From sequence record MK308675.1: a stretch of 64,000 nucleotides of DNA. One strand, written 5' to 3'. Below are positions 17,693 through 26,822 of this stretch, one piece after another (the stretch's first letter is position 1; every line of letters begins with the position of its first letter). Below the pieces are notes generated by a model, which saw nothing but the letters and a program-made list of their open reading frames with translations, ran no database searches and was not told the DNA's origin. The position numbers and the translations under genes were made by a program.

Positions 17693-18886
17693 TTAACGCT
17701 TTATGACGGCGACCGGTTCTCTTTGCAATATAGAAGATACGTACTTAACATGTTCTTCTAACGTTGTTCCTTCCGGCATTATTCTGGTCTCCGTATAACC
17801 GACACCAAAGCTTTCTTTAGAAAGAGTAGGATACGGCATAGAATCTAGAACTAGTTTCTCTTCACTGGGGTCTTTTGTCGACCACACGTATGCTTTGTTT
17901 AGGCCGAGATGGCCCATTCGGCTTTTTAATGAGGATGTAAATCCCAACTTGAATGCACCCGCACCATCGATTGGCATCAGGTAGACGACAGCGATACCTT
18001 CGGCCTTACAGCATTCCGGGATTACCCGCAAATAGAGGTCTCTTCCGCTATAAGTGTTTTCACCATGACACGAACACGTTAACTTGACCGTTCCTTTATC
18101 TTTAACGAAGCTATAGGTGTGACCAGTAATGGCCGTCGATTGGGTCAGGCGAAACTTAAGGGCAGATTCTGTTATTTCTAGATGCAGTCCCCTATTCGCG
18201 TTACCGCACGTTTGACAACCAGTACCATGGTGGACTAGGTTACTGATTATCGGGTCCCATTCTCTACCGCAGGCCTTACACTTACAATGGATGGTATCCG
18301 TGTTCTTCTTGCCGTCTAGCGAAGAATGCTCGATGCCATCCTCTTTTAGTCTGGCCTTTAGGTCATCGTATTTACCGTCTTGGTAAAAGCGCTTCTCTGC
18401 CATCTTCTTGTAGCCACATTCAGGACAGCCTGTCTTGCGCATAACCGATTCAGCTTGAACCCACCACTCGTGCTTACATGTCTTACAGACGGCCCAACCG
18501 TGCTCCTTGAGACCTTTGTACTCGAACTTACTTAGGTCGATGTTAGGGTCTCGTTTCTTAGTCTCGGTAATGAACTGCTTTTCCGTAATCTTGCGGCTCT
18601 CGTTCTGGTTACGGTACTTACACTCCTTACAGCCTCGTCCCTGCATTAAGTTGCTAGGGCGAATTTCCCATTCGTAGCCACAGCCTTCTACACCGCAGTA
18701 AACTGTAGAGGCTACCTTGTCTCCGAGATACTCGAACTTGTCGAGCATAATAGTGGAGTCCGGATGTCGAGCTCGGAACTTCTCGACAAACTTCTCCGTT
18801 GACATTCTTGCCATTGTGTTTTCCTTATAAGGATAAAAGATTGTTAGAGACAGACTTTCGCCTGTCTCTAACGGTTGCATGCACAA
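17693..18886 (-). CDS. free-standing zinc-ribbon-repeat endonuclease with GIY-YIG/T5orf172-like C-terminus
   Basis: Repeated C-x2-C...W...G-C-x2-C units; C-terminal VVYLM...FKLGFTSSLKSRMGHL. Likely start MARMST. Confidence 0.7.
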   Translation of the reverse strand: MCMQPLETGESLSLTIFYPYKENTMARMSTEKFVEKFRARHPDSTIMLDKFEYLGDKVASTVYCGVEGCGYEWEIRPSNLMQGRGCKECKYRNQNESRKITEKQFITETKKRDPNIDLSKFEYKGLKEHGWAVCKTCKHEWWVQAESVMRKTGCPECGYKKMAEKRFYQDGKYDDLKARLKEDGIEHSSLDGKKNTDTIHCKCKACGREWDPIISNLVHHGTGCQTCGNANRGLHLEITESALKFRLTQSTAITGHTYSFVKDKGTVKLTCSCHGENTYSGRDLYLRVIPECCKAEGIAVVYLMPIDGAGAFKLGFTSSLKSRMGHLGLNKAYVWSTKDPSEEKLVLDSMPYPTLSKESFGVGYTETRIMPEGTTLEEHVKYVSSILQREPVAVIKR

Positions 18887-18889
18887 TGG

Positions 18890-18904
18890 CTATATAGGTT
18901 TTAC
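18890..18904 (-). promoter_or_regulatory. putative early promoter for the Zn-ribbon endonuclease
   Basis: GTAAAACCTATATAG. Confidence 0.5.
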
Positions 18905-18910
18905 TTTAGT

Positions 18911-21139
18911 TTAAATGTCTACGGATAGAGTTGAATCCTCCAACCATCTGTCTGCTTCCTCCTCGGAAATGTCGTCACTGAAGAAATGAGTGAATTTAGT
19001 ATTTGCAATGTTCATGTAAATGCCGTTACATGCCAGATAGAAAGGCTGCATTAGAGACATTAGGATTTTGCGCTCATCCATTACGGCGATGATTTCTTTC
19101 GGTATCTTTCCGCCTTGAAGCTGGTCAACCGGAGCCAGTAACTGAGTCATGGCTTTCTTATCGCGACTATACATGAATTCTTTCAATTCACTCGTAACGT
19201 TCCCATCAAGCGATTCCGCCCACTCATTAAAGTCTTTCTCTTTGCCTAACGTCACGTTGACCTTTAATGCGTCCGCTGGAGTTTGTTCAACTCTACCGTA
19301 CTTAGACCCCAAGACGATATTCCATAAGTCTTTACAGACTATCTGAGTTGCTCTGTCTTCAGCGGCGTACGTTTGAGGAGTCTTAATCTGTTCCGTTTTA
19401 AAGTACGTCGCATCACCGTCTCTCAAACGACCAAGAATACGGTGTTCTAATTTGGCCAAATAGGCGGCAGGCTCCATGGGACTAATCCCGCCCTCAATCG
19501 ACGGAGCATTAAGAAGATACCAGTAGAACTTTTCTGTTTCTCTTCTCACTGGGCTCGGCAACTTGGAGCTCTTTAACTGCACTCCTTTCACTTCTAGTTC
19601 GGATTCAGGATATACATTCCCTTCACATGCCGATATATCCATGATGTAGTGTTTTGTGACCGTTGTATTAACCTGAGCCTTAGAGTAGAACTCTGACTTC
19701 ATAGAAAGTCGGAACAGTTGGTCTTTATGAACGCCCATCTGACCGGACATGAGAGCTAAGGTATGTACGATAAGCTGAGACGTTAGGTATGATGTGATTG
19801 CGCCTGCTTGTACAGCACGGTGAGAGAAATCAATCTTACCAGTAAACCACTTAACCTGACGTTGAGTAGAGAAGATAGATGAGTCGGTATCTGAACCCAC
19901 AACCACACGACGTTTGATTGTAGGTAGAGAATGGATTGACCCTGGCATAATCTTAGTTGAGATGAACGCATCGATAAATACTTGGTACTGGTCGAACGTT
20001 TCCACAACTTGTTTGATGTAGCCAGTCCAGATAGCATACTCGTCTGGAGTTAAGTCCTTCGCTTTCTTACCTGCCATGAAGTCCGCAGATAACAGAGACG
20101 CTAGTGCCACATCATCGTCTGACGCACCGCCTGCATATTTCTTTTGTTCTTCTGGGTCAGTAAGAGGAGTAGGGCGACGACAAAGGATATCGTACAGTTG
20201 ACGAATAGCTTTATCGTTCGTTTCATGAAGTGCGTTTAAATCACCAATGAAACTAAATGCTGCACGCTCAATAGGTGTCATGTTCTCTACCATTCTGTGA
20301 ATGAGAGTTTCAGCATGCTCATCTTTCCAATATAGGCGAGATGAACTTAGGATTTGTTCGTAGACATATTCAACCGATGGCGGAGTGATGTCGAACAACA
20401 TTACGGCTTCTTCTACCTTAACAAGGTCTGCCTGCGACGTCACATAAACCATGTTCTCCATCGTCACCTCTGGGCTGAAGTAATGACGGTTAGAAGCCAT
20501 GAATTTCTCGTTACATGCGTTAGCGTATGAAGTGATAGCACGACATACAGAAGTTAATGACGTGTGAGATGAAGCGTAGTAAAGTGGGTTGTATGGCGAA
20601 CTCAGTGCACCTGAGATAGAGTTGTTACGGATTTTAAAGTTAGCCTGTAACAGGTTACAGAACGTAGCATGTTCATGGTTACCATCCATGAAAGCTGACT
20701 GGCCTTCTTTCTTAACTGCTTTACGCATCGAAAGGTTATTTGAAATGAAGCCAGATAGGAATGAATCTTCTACGTCTGGGTTACAGTAAGCGATTAAGTT
20801 AGGCGCTAGGATATGGTTCTTAGCAATTACCCAATCTAGGTAAGAAAGTAAATCAACCTTACGCTTAGTACGGTCTCCGCGTGGGGCGCGCATGAGAGAG
20901 TGTAAGTCAGGTGATTTAGGACGCCAATCGGTTAGCATCTTTTCATCGACATAGCCTGTCGTCTTTTCTAGGTCGTCGCCTGTACCTAGGTGAAGTGCCA
21001 TAGACATGGACTTCTTATAATTACCAACGATATCGTAATCACGACCGTAGTAATCTAAATCTTTTACAAAAGCGGACATTGTAGTTCTCCTTTTATCTAA
21101 CAGATTGACCGAGCCTGTAAAAAAGAAAAAACACTCCAC
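18911..21139 (-). CDS. family B DNA polymerase, polymerase-domain subunit (phiKZ gp50-like)
   Basis: FKIRNNSISG (motif B), VGSDTDSSIF (motif C) and KHY. Likely start at 21079 (MSAFVK) with AGGAG RBS. Confidence 0.9.
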   Translation of the reverse strand: MECFFFFTGSVNLLDKRRTTMSAFVKDLDYYGRDYDIVGNYKKSMSMALHLGTGDDLEKTTGYVDEKMLTDWRPKSPDLHSLMRAPRGDRTKRKVDLLSYLDWVIAKNHILAPNLIAYCNPDVEDSFLSGFISNNLSMRKAVKKEGQSAFMDGNHEHATFCNLLQANFKIRNNSISGALSSPYNPLYYASSHTSLTSVCRAITSYANACNEKFMASNRHYFSPEVTMENMVYVTSQADLVKVEEAVMLFDITPPSVEYVYEQILSSSRLYWKDEHAETLIHRMVENMTPIERAAFSFIGDLNALHETNDKAIRQLYDILCRRPTPLTDPEEQKKYAGGASDDDVALASLLSADFMAGKKAKDLTPDEYAIWTGYIKQVVETFDQYQVFIDAFISTKIMPGSIHSLPTIKRRVVVGSDTDSSIFSTQRQVKWFTGKIDFSHRAVQAGAITSYLTSQLIVHTLALMSGQMGVHKDQLFRLSMKSEFYSKAQVNTTVTKHYIMDISACEGNVYPESELEVKGVQLKSSKLPSPVRRETEKFYWYLLNAPSIEGGISPMEPAAYLAKLEHRILGRLRDGDATYFKTEQIKTPQTYAAEDRATQIVCKDLWNIVLGSKYGRVEQTPADALKVNVTLGKEKDFNEWAESLDGNVTSELKEFMYSRDKKAMTQLLAPVDQLQGGKIPKEIIAVMDERKILMSLMQPFYLACNGIYMNIANTKFTHFFSDDISEEEADRWLEDSTLSVDI

Positions 21140-21159
21140 TGACCCGAAGGCCAGTGGAG
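21134..21159 (-). terminator. UUCG hairpin terminator upstream of the DNA polymerase RBS
   Basis: CTCCACTG/CAGTGGAG stem followed by TTTTTTCTTTTT. Confidence 0.7.
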
Positions 21160-21289
21160 GTCATCGGACAGTTGTCCAGATAAGGATTGCCTATAAAGGC
21201 CTACAATGCCTGACTCGTTCCCACCGCGACCCGAACTGTTCCCCAACAATCCGACAGAGTCCTCGCTAGATAATAACTACTATCCGTTT

Positions 21290-21706
21290 TTAATTACGGA
21301 CGATAGCCATCGATGAGATTTCCCAACCACCTTGGTTAACCCATAGGCGGAACTTATCGTAGTCCCCTTCATCGAAGTTCTTTATCTGTACGTCTAGGCG
21401 GGTGTCACCTAAAGACTCGATAGTGTTATCGATAATCCAAGGCAGGCCAATGTAAACCATACTACCATCAGCTAGAGCCAACTGTACGTAGTCGTACGAA
21501 GCGTAGTCATCTAAGAAACGCGCTTTACGGTCTTCCGAAAGAGTTGGATAGATGTTGATATGGTTTGTATCAGCGTTAGAAGTCTGAGGTACAAACTGGC
21601 CACCGATGATAGCGGCAATCGTTCCTTCAAACTGTTTACGGCCACTGATAGAACCGTAGATAGTAAAGCGGTGTTGGCCGCCAGTTACTAAGTCATTGAT
21701 AGTCAT
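21290..21706 (-). CDS. conserved Chimalliviridae protein (gp49 position)
   Basis: 138 aa; NHINIYPTL...YIGLPWI motif; directly upstream of the DNA polymerase. Confidence 0.6.
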   Translation of the reverse strand: MTINDLVTGGQHRFTIYGSISGRKQFEGTIAAIIGGQFVPQTSNADTNHINIYPTLSEDRKARFLDDYASYDYVQLALADGSMVYIGLPWIIDNTIESLGDTRLDVQIKNFDEGDYDKFRLWVNQGGWEISSMAIVRN

Positions 21707-21733
21707 GACGGTCTCCTTATAGTCTATATGATT

Positions 21734-22093
21734 CTAGCGGTAAGTCACCGCTAGCTCATACGGACCACCTGCAAACTCAATGTTGCATGGGGCCAAATCT
21801 TTGTTCTGTAATTCGGGAACGGAATCTAAACTTTCGTAGAGCGAAGAATACAGCTCTCTAAAAGATAACAGAACGTCTTTACTTAAATGTCGATTGAAGA
21901 CATCGCACGTATATCCATAAGGCGCTAGATGGGCGAACATCTCTTCTGCTTTCTCATGGTACGCCATTAGGGCTTCGATGTCGTCATCGATTGGAGCATC
22001 CATAAAGGAAGAGGCTTTAGCAACCTCCATGGCAAACTTATGCACCAGAGGAGTACGCACCATCACCACTACTGCTCGTATAGGACTGAACAT
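21734..22093 (-). CDS. small hypothetical protein, paralogue-array member
   Basis: N-terminal VVVMVR strand; C-terminal hairpin ...YELAVTYR. Confidence 0.55.
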   Translation of the reverse strand: MFSPIRAVVVMVRTPLVHKFAMEVAKASSFMDAPIDDDIEALMAYHEKAEEMFAHLAPYGYTCDVFNRHLSKDVLLSFRELYSSLYESLDSVPELQNKDLAPCNIEFAGGPYELAVTYR

Positions 22094-22532
22094 GTTGTTC
22101 CTCCGGTTGCACTAGAATTGAATCAGGGTCTATTACAATTACGCTAAAGTCTGAAAAAGAACAAGCCTCAGTCGAGTTTAGTAGAACGTTGCGTAAGTCT
22201 GAGTTGATGTTAAAAAGACGAACCATAGCTTCTATAAAGCCGCAGGCCATCGCATCTATCTGGATAGAATCCTCGCAGTCTCTACAGCCTGAGATTCTAC
22301 CACCACAATGACAATGGTCTATGAGTAATCCCTCGCAGGTATCTTCATAGAGTTGGTCTTTGATATCGCTAACGTCTGTTATGTCTTGCATCAGACATTT
22401 CAAAATGGGCTTAAGCATAATATCGAACCCGGGAGGGTAGCGATTAACTACCTCCCGAATTCCCGCAGTGCGCATTATTACAAAAGCCGGTTCGTTAACG
22501 TACTGGACGTTGAACATGGGCGGCACCCTCAT
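22038..22532 (-). CDS. paralogue-array member with Cys/His cluster
   Basis: FVIMR N-strand; HCHCGGRISGCRDC; C-motif FSVIVIDPDSILV. Confidence 0.6.
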   Translation of the reverse strand: MRVPPMFNVQYVNEPAFVIMRTAGIREVVNRYPPGFDIMLKPILKCLMQDITDVSDIKDQLYEDTCEGLLIDHCHCGGRISGCRDCEDSIQIDAMACGFIEAMVRLFNINSDLRNVLLNSTEACSFSDFSVIVIDPDSILVQPEEQHVQSYTSSSGDGAYSSGA

Positions 22533-22860
22533 TGTAAGTAACCAAGAAAATTAAATCGCGAGCAGCAAGCTCTTCCCGATATACTACCTGCCAATCGTTT
22601 CCGTAAGGGAAGCTTTCCGCAATCTCAGATACAATGTTCCAGCGCAATTCATCTAAATGAGTGAGAGACTTACCTGAAGGTAGGAGTATCTCGTTCATCG
22701 TGAACTGGTTACCGTTATGTTTGTATCCAAAGGCTAATGCATTGCGGATTATCTCTTCTCGGTCCGATTCAGCAGAACTATCCATGATGACTTCGCGCAT
22801 TAACTTATCCACGAACTGATGTCCGCGAACAATTACAGTGTGCACAACATTACTCATCAA
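22495..22860 (-). CDS. paralogue-array member
   Basis: TVIVR N-strand; C-terminal DLIFLVTYN. Confidence 0.55.
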   Translation of the reverse strand: MMSNVVHTVIVRGHQFVDKLMREVIMDSSAESDREEIIRNALAFGYKHNGNQFTMNEILLPSGKSLTHLDELRWNIVSEIAESFPYGNDWQVVYREELAARDLIFLVTYNEGAAHVQRPVR

Positions 22861-23246
22861 TCTATCCCCGATACAGTTATCAATAACGTGTGGTCATCCA
22901 GAGAAGTTGCAAAGTAGAAGATACCTGTCATGAGACAGAGCTTATTCTCCACTTCGGTCAACTTCGCTTTCAGCTCAGCCAAATGTCTTTCATCTAATTC
23001 AGACATTAAATACGTTATATCTTCCGAGAACTTCTCGTACTCGTCATCCGTACCATGGAAGGCTTTGAGCACATCATCGAATGCATCGTCAGGGTCCATG
23101 CCCATAATGCGGTGGCGTACCCACAGGCCAAACGCATGTCTGGCCTCATGGGTGGCCTCAGGCAATATCGTTCCCGCTAGTCTATGTCGGATAAGGATAT
23201 TGTAATCACTCATAATAAAGCACCATACTATCGTTATCGATAACAT
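22857..23246 (-). CDS. paralogue-array member
   Basis: NILIR N-strand; C-motif YFATSLDDHTLLI. Confidence 0.6.
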   Translation of the reverse strand: MLSITIVWCFIMSDYNILIRHRLAGTILPEATHEARHAFGLWVRHRIMGMDPDDAFDDVLKAFHGTDDEYEKFSEDITYLMSELDERHLAELKAKLTEVENKLCLMTGIFYFATSLDDHTLLITVSGID

Positions 23247-23592
23247 CTACTTTAAATTCGCAGTTACCATCCCCAGTAAAACGCTCCGTTAAAAGGCCGC
23301 GTTCCGATTCAGACTTAGGCAGTTGGTTGAAGACCGTGTTTAGAATCTCTTCTTTTATTTCCGTGAAGTACTGCTGCCAACCTTTAGAACCATCGTTAAA
23401 GGCTGGAGCATATTCTTCTAGGTCCGACGAGATTGTTTCACGGTCCACGCCCCACATGTGCATTTCAATTGCTGCCAGAGTCATTTCTCTCAGTTCATCT
23501 TGCGCCGACAAGATATGGGCGTTGGCCTGAGGAAACCGGACTATTACTTTGTCTTGCATTAGGGCCTCCTGATTGGTAACGAGAGAAGACAT
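23206..23592 (-). CDS. paralogue-array member
   Basis: KVIVR N-strand; C-motif FKVDVIDNDSMVL. Confidence 0.6.
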   Translation of the reverse strand: MSSLVTNQEALMQDKVIVRFPQANAHILSAQDELREMTLAAIEMHMWGVDRETISSDLEEYAPAFNDGSKGWQQYFTEIKEEILNTVFNQLPKSESERGLLTERFTGDGNCEFKVDVIDNDSMVLYYE

Positions 23593-24085
23593 TAGTTACA
23601 GGGCGAAGTCTAGGCGTAGGACGAACATCCATGATGCCCTGAGACGTATACGGCATGTTAGCGGCATAAACCACAACGGTTTCGCCATCAATGATAGCTG
23701 TGCCGAAGTGGTCAGTATTCATAACGACATTACACGCTTCAGGGTCATAGCGGAAGCCATCTAGCATATGAACCATCAAGTTTAAGAACTCGTCTTCCAG
23801 AGCTTCATTCTCTTGACAGCCGCCGCAAACGTTCTGCTGATTGTAACAAGTGCATGGTTGTTTTTCCAGACACAATAGTGTGTCCTGCTCAATCATCCAA
23901 AGTTCTAGGTTAGCACAAAGGACGTTATAAGCGTAGTTAAGGTCGATAGTTTGACCAGAAGCTAACGTGGCTTCTTTAAGTTTGGCATAAGCGAGATGAT
24001 AGAACTCTCTGACTGCAAGCGCAGTCAGAGAAGGGTTTGCTCTTGCGAAATCGCTTATCCCAGTATGACGTACTAGGATTTGCAT
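23495..24085 (-). CDS. paralogue-array member with Cys cluster
   Basis: QILVR N-strand; CTC...CGGC; C-motif FGTAIIDGETVVV. Confidence 0.6.
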   Translation of the reverse strand: MQILVRHTGISDFARANPSLTALAVREFYHLAYAKLKEATLASGQTIDLNYAYNVLCANLELWMIEQDTLLCLEKQPCTCYNQQNVCGGCQENEALEDEFLNLMVHMLDGFRYDPEACNVVMNTDHFGTAIIDGETVVVYAANMPYTSQGIMDVRPTPRLRPVTNVFSRYQSGGPNARQSNSPVSSGQRPYLVGAR

Positions 24086-24495
24086 TACAGTATGTCTCCA
24101 AAGTTTAACGCAGGCGCCTCTTCTTGAACTGCCTGCTCTAGTCTATGTAGATAGAACGAGTTCATGTCGATACGCTCGCATTGAAAGTGGTAATACTCTC
24201 GGTCGTGTTCACTAGTGTGCGCATCGACAAGCTGTTGGACTCTTGTTCTTACAGCACCAAATATCGCATTCACGGTATTCGTAGGCACGAAGTTAGTTTC
24301 AAAGTATTCCTGTAAATCGGTCTTTACAAATGCTTGAAACTGAGGTCCCCAAAAGAACCACTGGAATTCACTCCAGGCCATTTCGTTAAAGTCTAAGTGC
24401 GGAGCATAGAACCCATACATCTCGAACTGGTATTCTATCTCAGCGGCGACTTTATCGAAACTAATTAATTCTGGGCTTCGCATTGTATACTCCAT
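24085..24495 (-). CDS. paralogue-array member
   Basis: C-motif FQCERIDMNSFYL. Confidence 0.6.
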   Translation of the reverse strand: MEYTMRSPELISFDKVAAEIEYQFEMYGFYAPHLDFNEMAWSEFQWFFWGPQFQAFVKTDLQEYFETNFVPTNTVNAIFGAVRTRVQQLVDAHTSEHDREYYHFQCERIDMNSFYLHRLEQAVQEEAPALNFGDIL

Positions 24496-24964
24496 CTACG
24501 AAATGTTCTTGTTCCCATTGCAGGATACGGAAGTCACCAATATAGTCAACGAAGAGTTCTCCAGCTTCAGAGAATCGAGGCGACCAGATATCGAATGAGT
24601 GTGTACCTAATAGCTGCGTGAGTTGATTATGTAAGGTTAGTCCTGAATTTTCCATATAGAAACGACGAAGGTCTTCCATTTGCTTCTTATCGAAAAACCC
24701 GATGGCTTTCATAATGTACGCATCTAAGGGATTGAGTTGTTCTTCGAAAACGAACTCATGGGGTTCGCGACAGAAGTCCAGCATGCTTAGGTTTAGGACA
24801 TGTCGTGCGTGTGCTTCCACCATACCTCTGAAGAACTCAAAGGAATGCGGCGTATGGAATGGCCAAGGCTGGCTTTCCAGTTTGTTGTATTCAACTACGT
24901 TTACGAGGCGGTACACATATAGGTTACCGTCCAACACATAGCCTTTTAAATGCTCGTCTTGCAT
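24461..24964 (-). CDS. conserved hypothetical protein within the array
   Basis: 167 aa; GDFRILQWE motif; overlaps both neighbours. Confidence 0.6.
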   Translation of the reverse strand: MQDEHLKGYVLDGNLYVYRLVNVVEYNKLESQPWPFHTPHSFEFFRGMVEAHARHVLNLSMLDFCREPHEFVFEEQLNPLDAYIMKAIGFFDKKQMEDLRRFYMENSGLTLHNQLTQLLGTHSFDIWSPRFSEAGELFVDYIGDFRILQWEQEHFVDGVYNAKPRIN

Positions 24965-25326
24965 CTGCGTCGTACTCCTTCCTCGTAGACTATAAAGCTC
25001 AGGTCGTCTATCATTTCTACTTGGAACGTGACTTGCCAGAGGTTTATCGGTTGTAGGGCCTCAGATATCTCATCCATTAAGAAAGGACGCCACTTATCTA
25101 AGAACCGCAATAAGCCTTCTGAGTCAATTGGGTTTACGGGACTGAACTTAGCTCCCCACTTTCGTTGCAATATTAAACCGACTATGGTCTCAACAGTTGC
25201 ATCTCTAAGTCTTTTAGTTTCTTCTCGAGGGATTCTCTCAAAAAGAAAAGTCTCGACATCGTAAGCCACCAAACCTAGTTTAGAAACTAAGTCTGGGGCA
25301 AGCTGTCCTATATAACAAATGTCCAT
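24946..25326 (-). CDS. first gene of the paralogue array
   Basis: C-motif FQVEMIDDLSFIV; lies ~40 nt downstream of the early promoter motif. Confidence 0.6.
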   Translation of the reverse strand: MDICYIGQLAPDLVSKLGLVAYDVETFLFERIPREETKRLRDATVETIVGLILQRKWGAKFSPVNPIDSEGLLRFLDKWRPFLMDEISEALQPINLWQVTFQVEMIDDLSFIVYEEGVRRRCKTSI

Positions 25327-25364
25327 AGCTGGAAACCTTTTTATTTATGATGATAACTATGGGA

Positions 25365-25375
25365 GTAATATAGGT
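25365..25375 (-). promoter_or_regulatory. putative early promoter for the paralogue array
   Basis: ACCTATATTAC. Confidence 0.65.
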
Positions 25376-25514
25376 ATAAAAATATCTAGAAATCAGGCTA
25401 AATCCAATAGGGTGACGAAGCCTTTATTTATAAGGGTCTTCAAAATCCTATTTTCGCTCAGGCCTTTATTCTATTGGATTCAGGCTGCATGTTAAAGAAT
25501 ACAAAGGGACCGCT

Positions 25515-26297
25515 ATGAACAATCTCATTGATTTCTGTATTAAAGGTCATATCCGTAATCGTATTCCGCAAGTGATACTACAGCGTGCCTTTAAACCAGA
25601 CCCTCTGTTCGGACGCCACAATGTTCAGAACCTAGACTGGCTTATTGAGCAAGACGTGCTTATGAACAAGGTTCTACCCGACCTCAATACCATAGGCGGT
25701 GAGCAAATCACCATTGAGTTAACTGAGTTAAATCCTGTCCCTGTTGAAGGGGCATACATCTATGAAATCCCATTGTCTAAGACACAAGGCCGTAATATAA
25801 GCCGAGTGATGTCAGTAGACTATTCCATGGGCCGTCGTGGCGTAACAGACTCACGTGACCCTCTAATGGGAGCTGCTCGTAAGATGTTAATGGCATCTAC
25901 ACCTTATGAGTCCACAGGCAATGCTCAGGTTCGTTTAGTCGGACCTAACACTATTGCCGTTCATGAGACTCTATCGGGCGTAGCTCACTTACGTTGTGTC
26001 TTAGGCTATGACGACGAACTCTCCACAGTAGACCAGTCTTACTGGCTAGACTACGCTAACCTGGCTGTCGTAGCAGCAGAGATGATTATCTATAATCGCA
26101 TCTCTATTGAGTTGGGTTCCGGTTCTAGTACAGGTGGTTCTCCGAACGACCGTCTAGTGCAACGTGTAGAAGAAATGTCAGACGCATGGGAACGATATCA
26201 GGAACTGCTTGATTCGACCATGGGTAAACTCTCTGTCCTTTCTAGCTACGATGCGAACTTAGAACACTTGCAGTTACAATTAGGTCCGCTGCCTTAA
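25515..26297 (+). CDS. conserved Chimalliviridae protein (phiKZ gp42-like)
   Basis: 260 aa, isolated plus-strand gene; VRLVGPNTIAV and LRCVLGYDDELS motifs. Confidence 0.55.
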   Translation: MNNLIDFCIKGHIRNRIPQVILQRAFKPDPLFGRHNVQNLDWLIEQDVLMNKVLPDLNTIGGEQITIELTELNPVPVEGAYIYEIPLSKTQGRNISRVMSVDYSMGRRGVTDSRDPLMGAARKMLMASTPYESTGNAQVRLVGPNTIAVHETLSGVAHLRCVLGYDDELSTVDQSYWLDYANLAVVAAEMIIYNRISIELGSGSSTGGSPNDRLVQRVEEMSDAWERYQELLDSTMGKLSVLSSYDANLEHLQLQLGPLP

Positions 26298-26316
26298 ACA
26301 GCAAAAAAGAATAATA

Positions 26317-26346
26317 CCTAGGACTCCCGAATAGAGGAGTCCTAGG
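26317..26346. terminator. bidirectional terminator
   Basis: CCTAGGACTCC/GGAGTCCTAGG stem. Confidence 0.7.
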
Positions 26347-26463
26347 ATTATCAGTATTTTATCGTCCGCTTCCAGACCTTTCAAGCGTCATCGCTAGCGT
26401 ACCTATGGGCCGCCGTTCTCAAGTGCTTTTGATTGTTTGTGTTTTAAACTCGTCCTAGTTAAC

Positions 26464-26769
26464 CTAACCCGGTTCCCAAGGCACAGCAAAGTTACGAGTC
26501 TTCTCACTAGTCCTAATTGTCACTGCTGGGCCAGCCGTCCAATGATTCCTGCGTGCTTCGAAGAAGGCGCACTCAATAGACATAATCCCAGATAACAATA
26601 TTCGCTCGGAGGCCGGTATCGCATGGTTAAACGAAATACAAGACTCGACCGAACTATCACATACTATTGGGGCTTCCAGTAGTAGATGATTCGGATGTGA
26701 CAATATGAACGGAGAGAAGAACAATGCTAGAATAAGGAGGATTCCGTATCTCAACATAGGACGTCTCAT
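26464..26769 (-). CDS. possible small secreted or membrane protein
   Basis: Signal-like MLRYGILLILALFFSPF; weak RBS. Confidence 0.3.
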   Translation of the reverse strand: MRRPMLRYGILLILALFFSPFILSHPNHLLLEAPIVCDSSVESCISFNHAIPASERILLSGIMSIECAFFEARRNHWTAGPAVTIRTSEKTRNFAVPWEPG

Positions 26770-26822
26770 GCAGTTCTACACATATCATTATATAATGCGG
26801 TAAATAAAGAAGGGGTGAGGCG

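Noticed and set aside
21206-21316. Plus-strand 36-aa Pro-rich ORF (MPDSFPPRPELFPNN...) and a G-rich minus-strand tract
   Set aside because: There is no well-spaced RBS, it overlaps the gp49-like stop, and no structure was convincing; it cannot be supported without conservation data.
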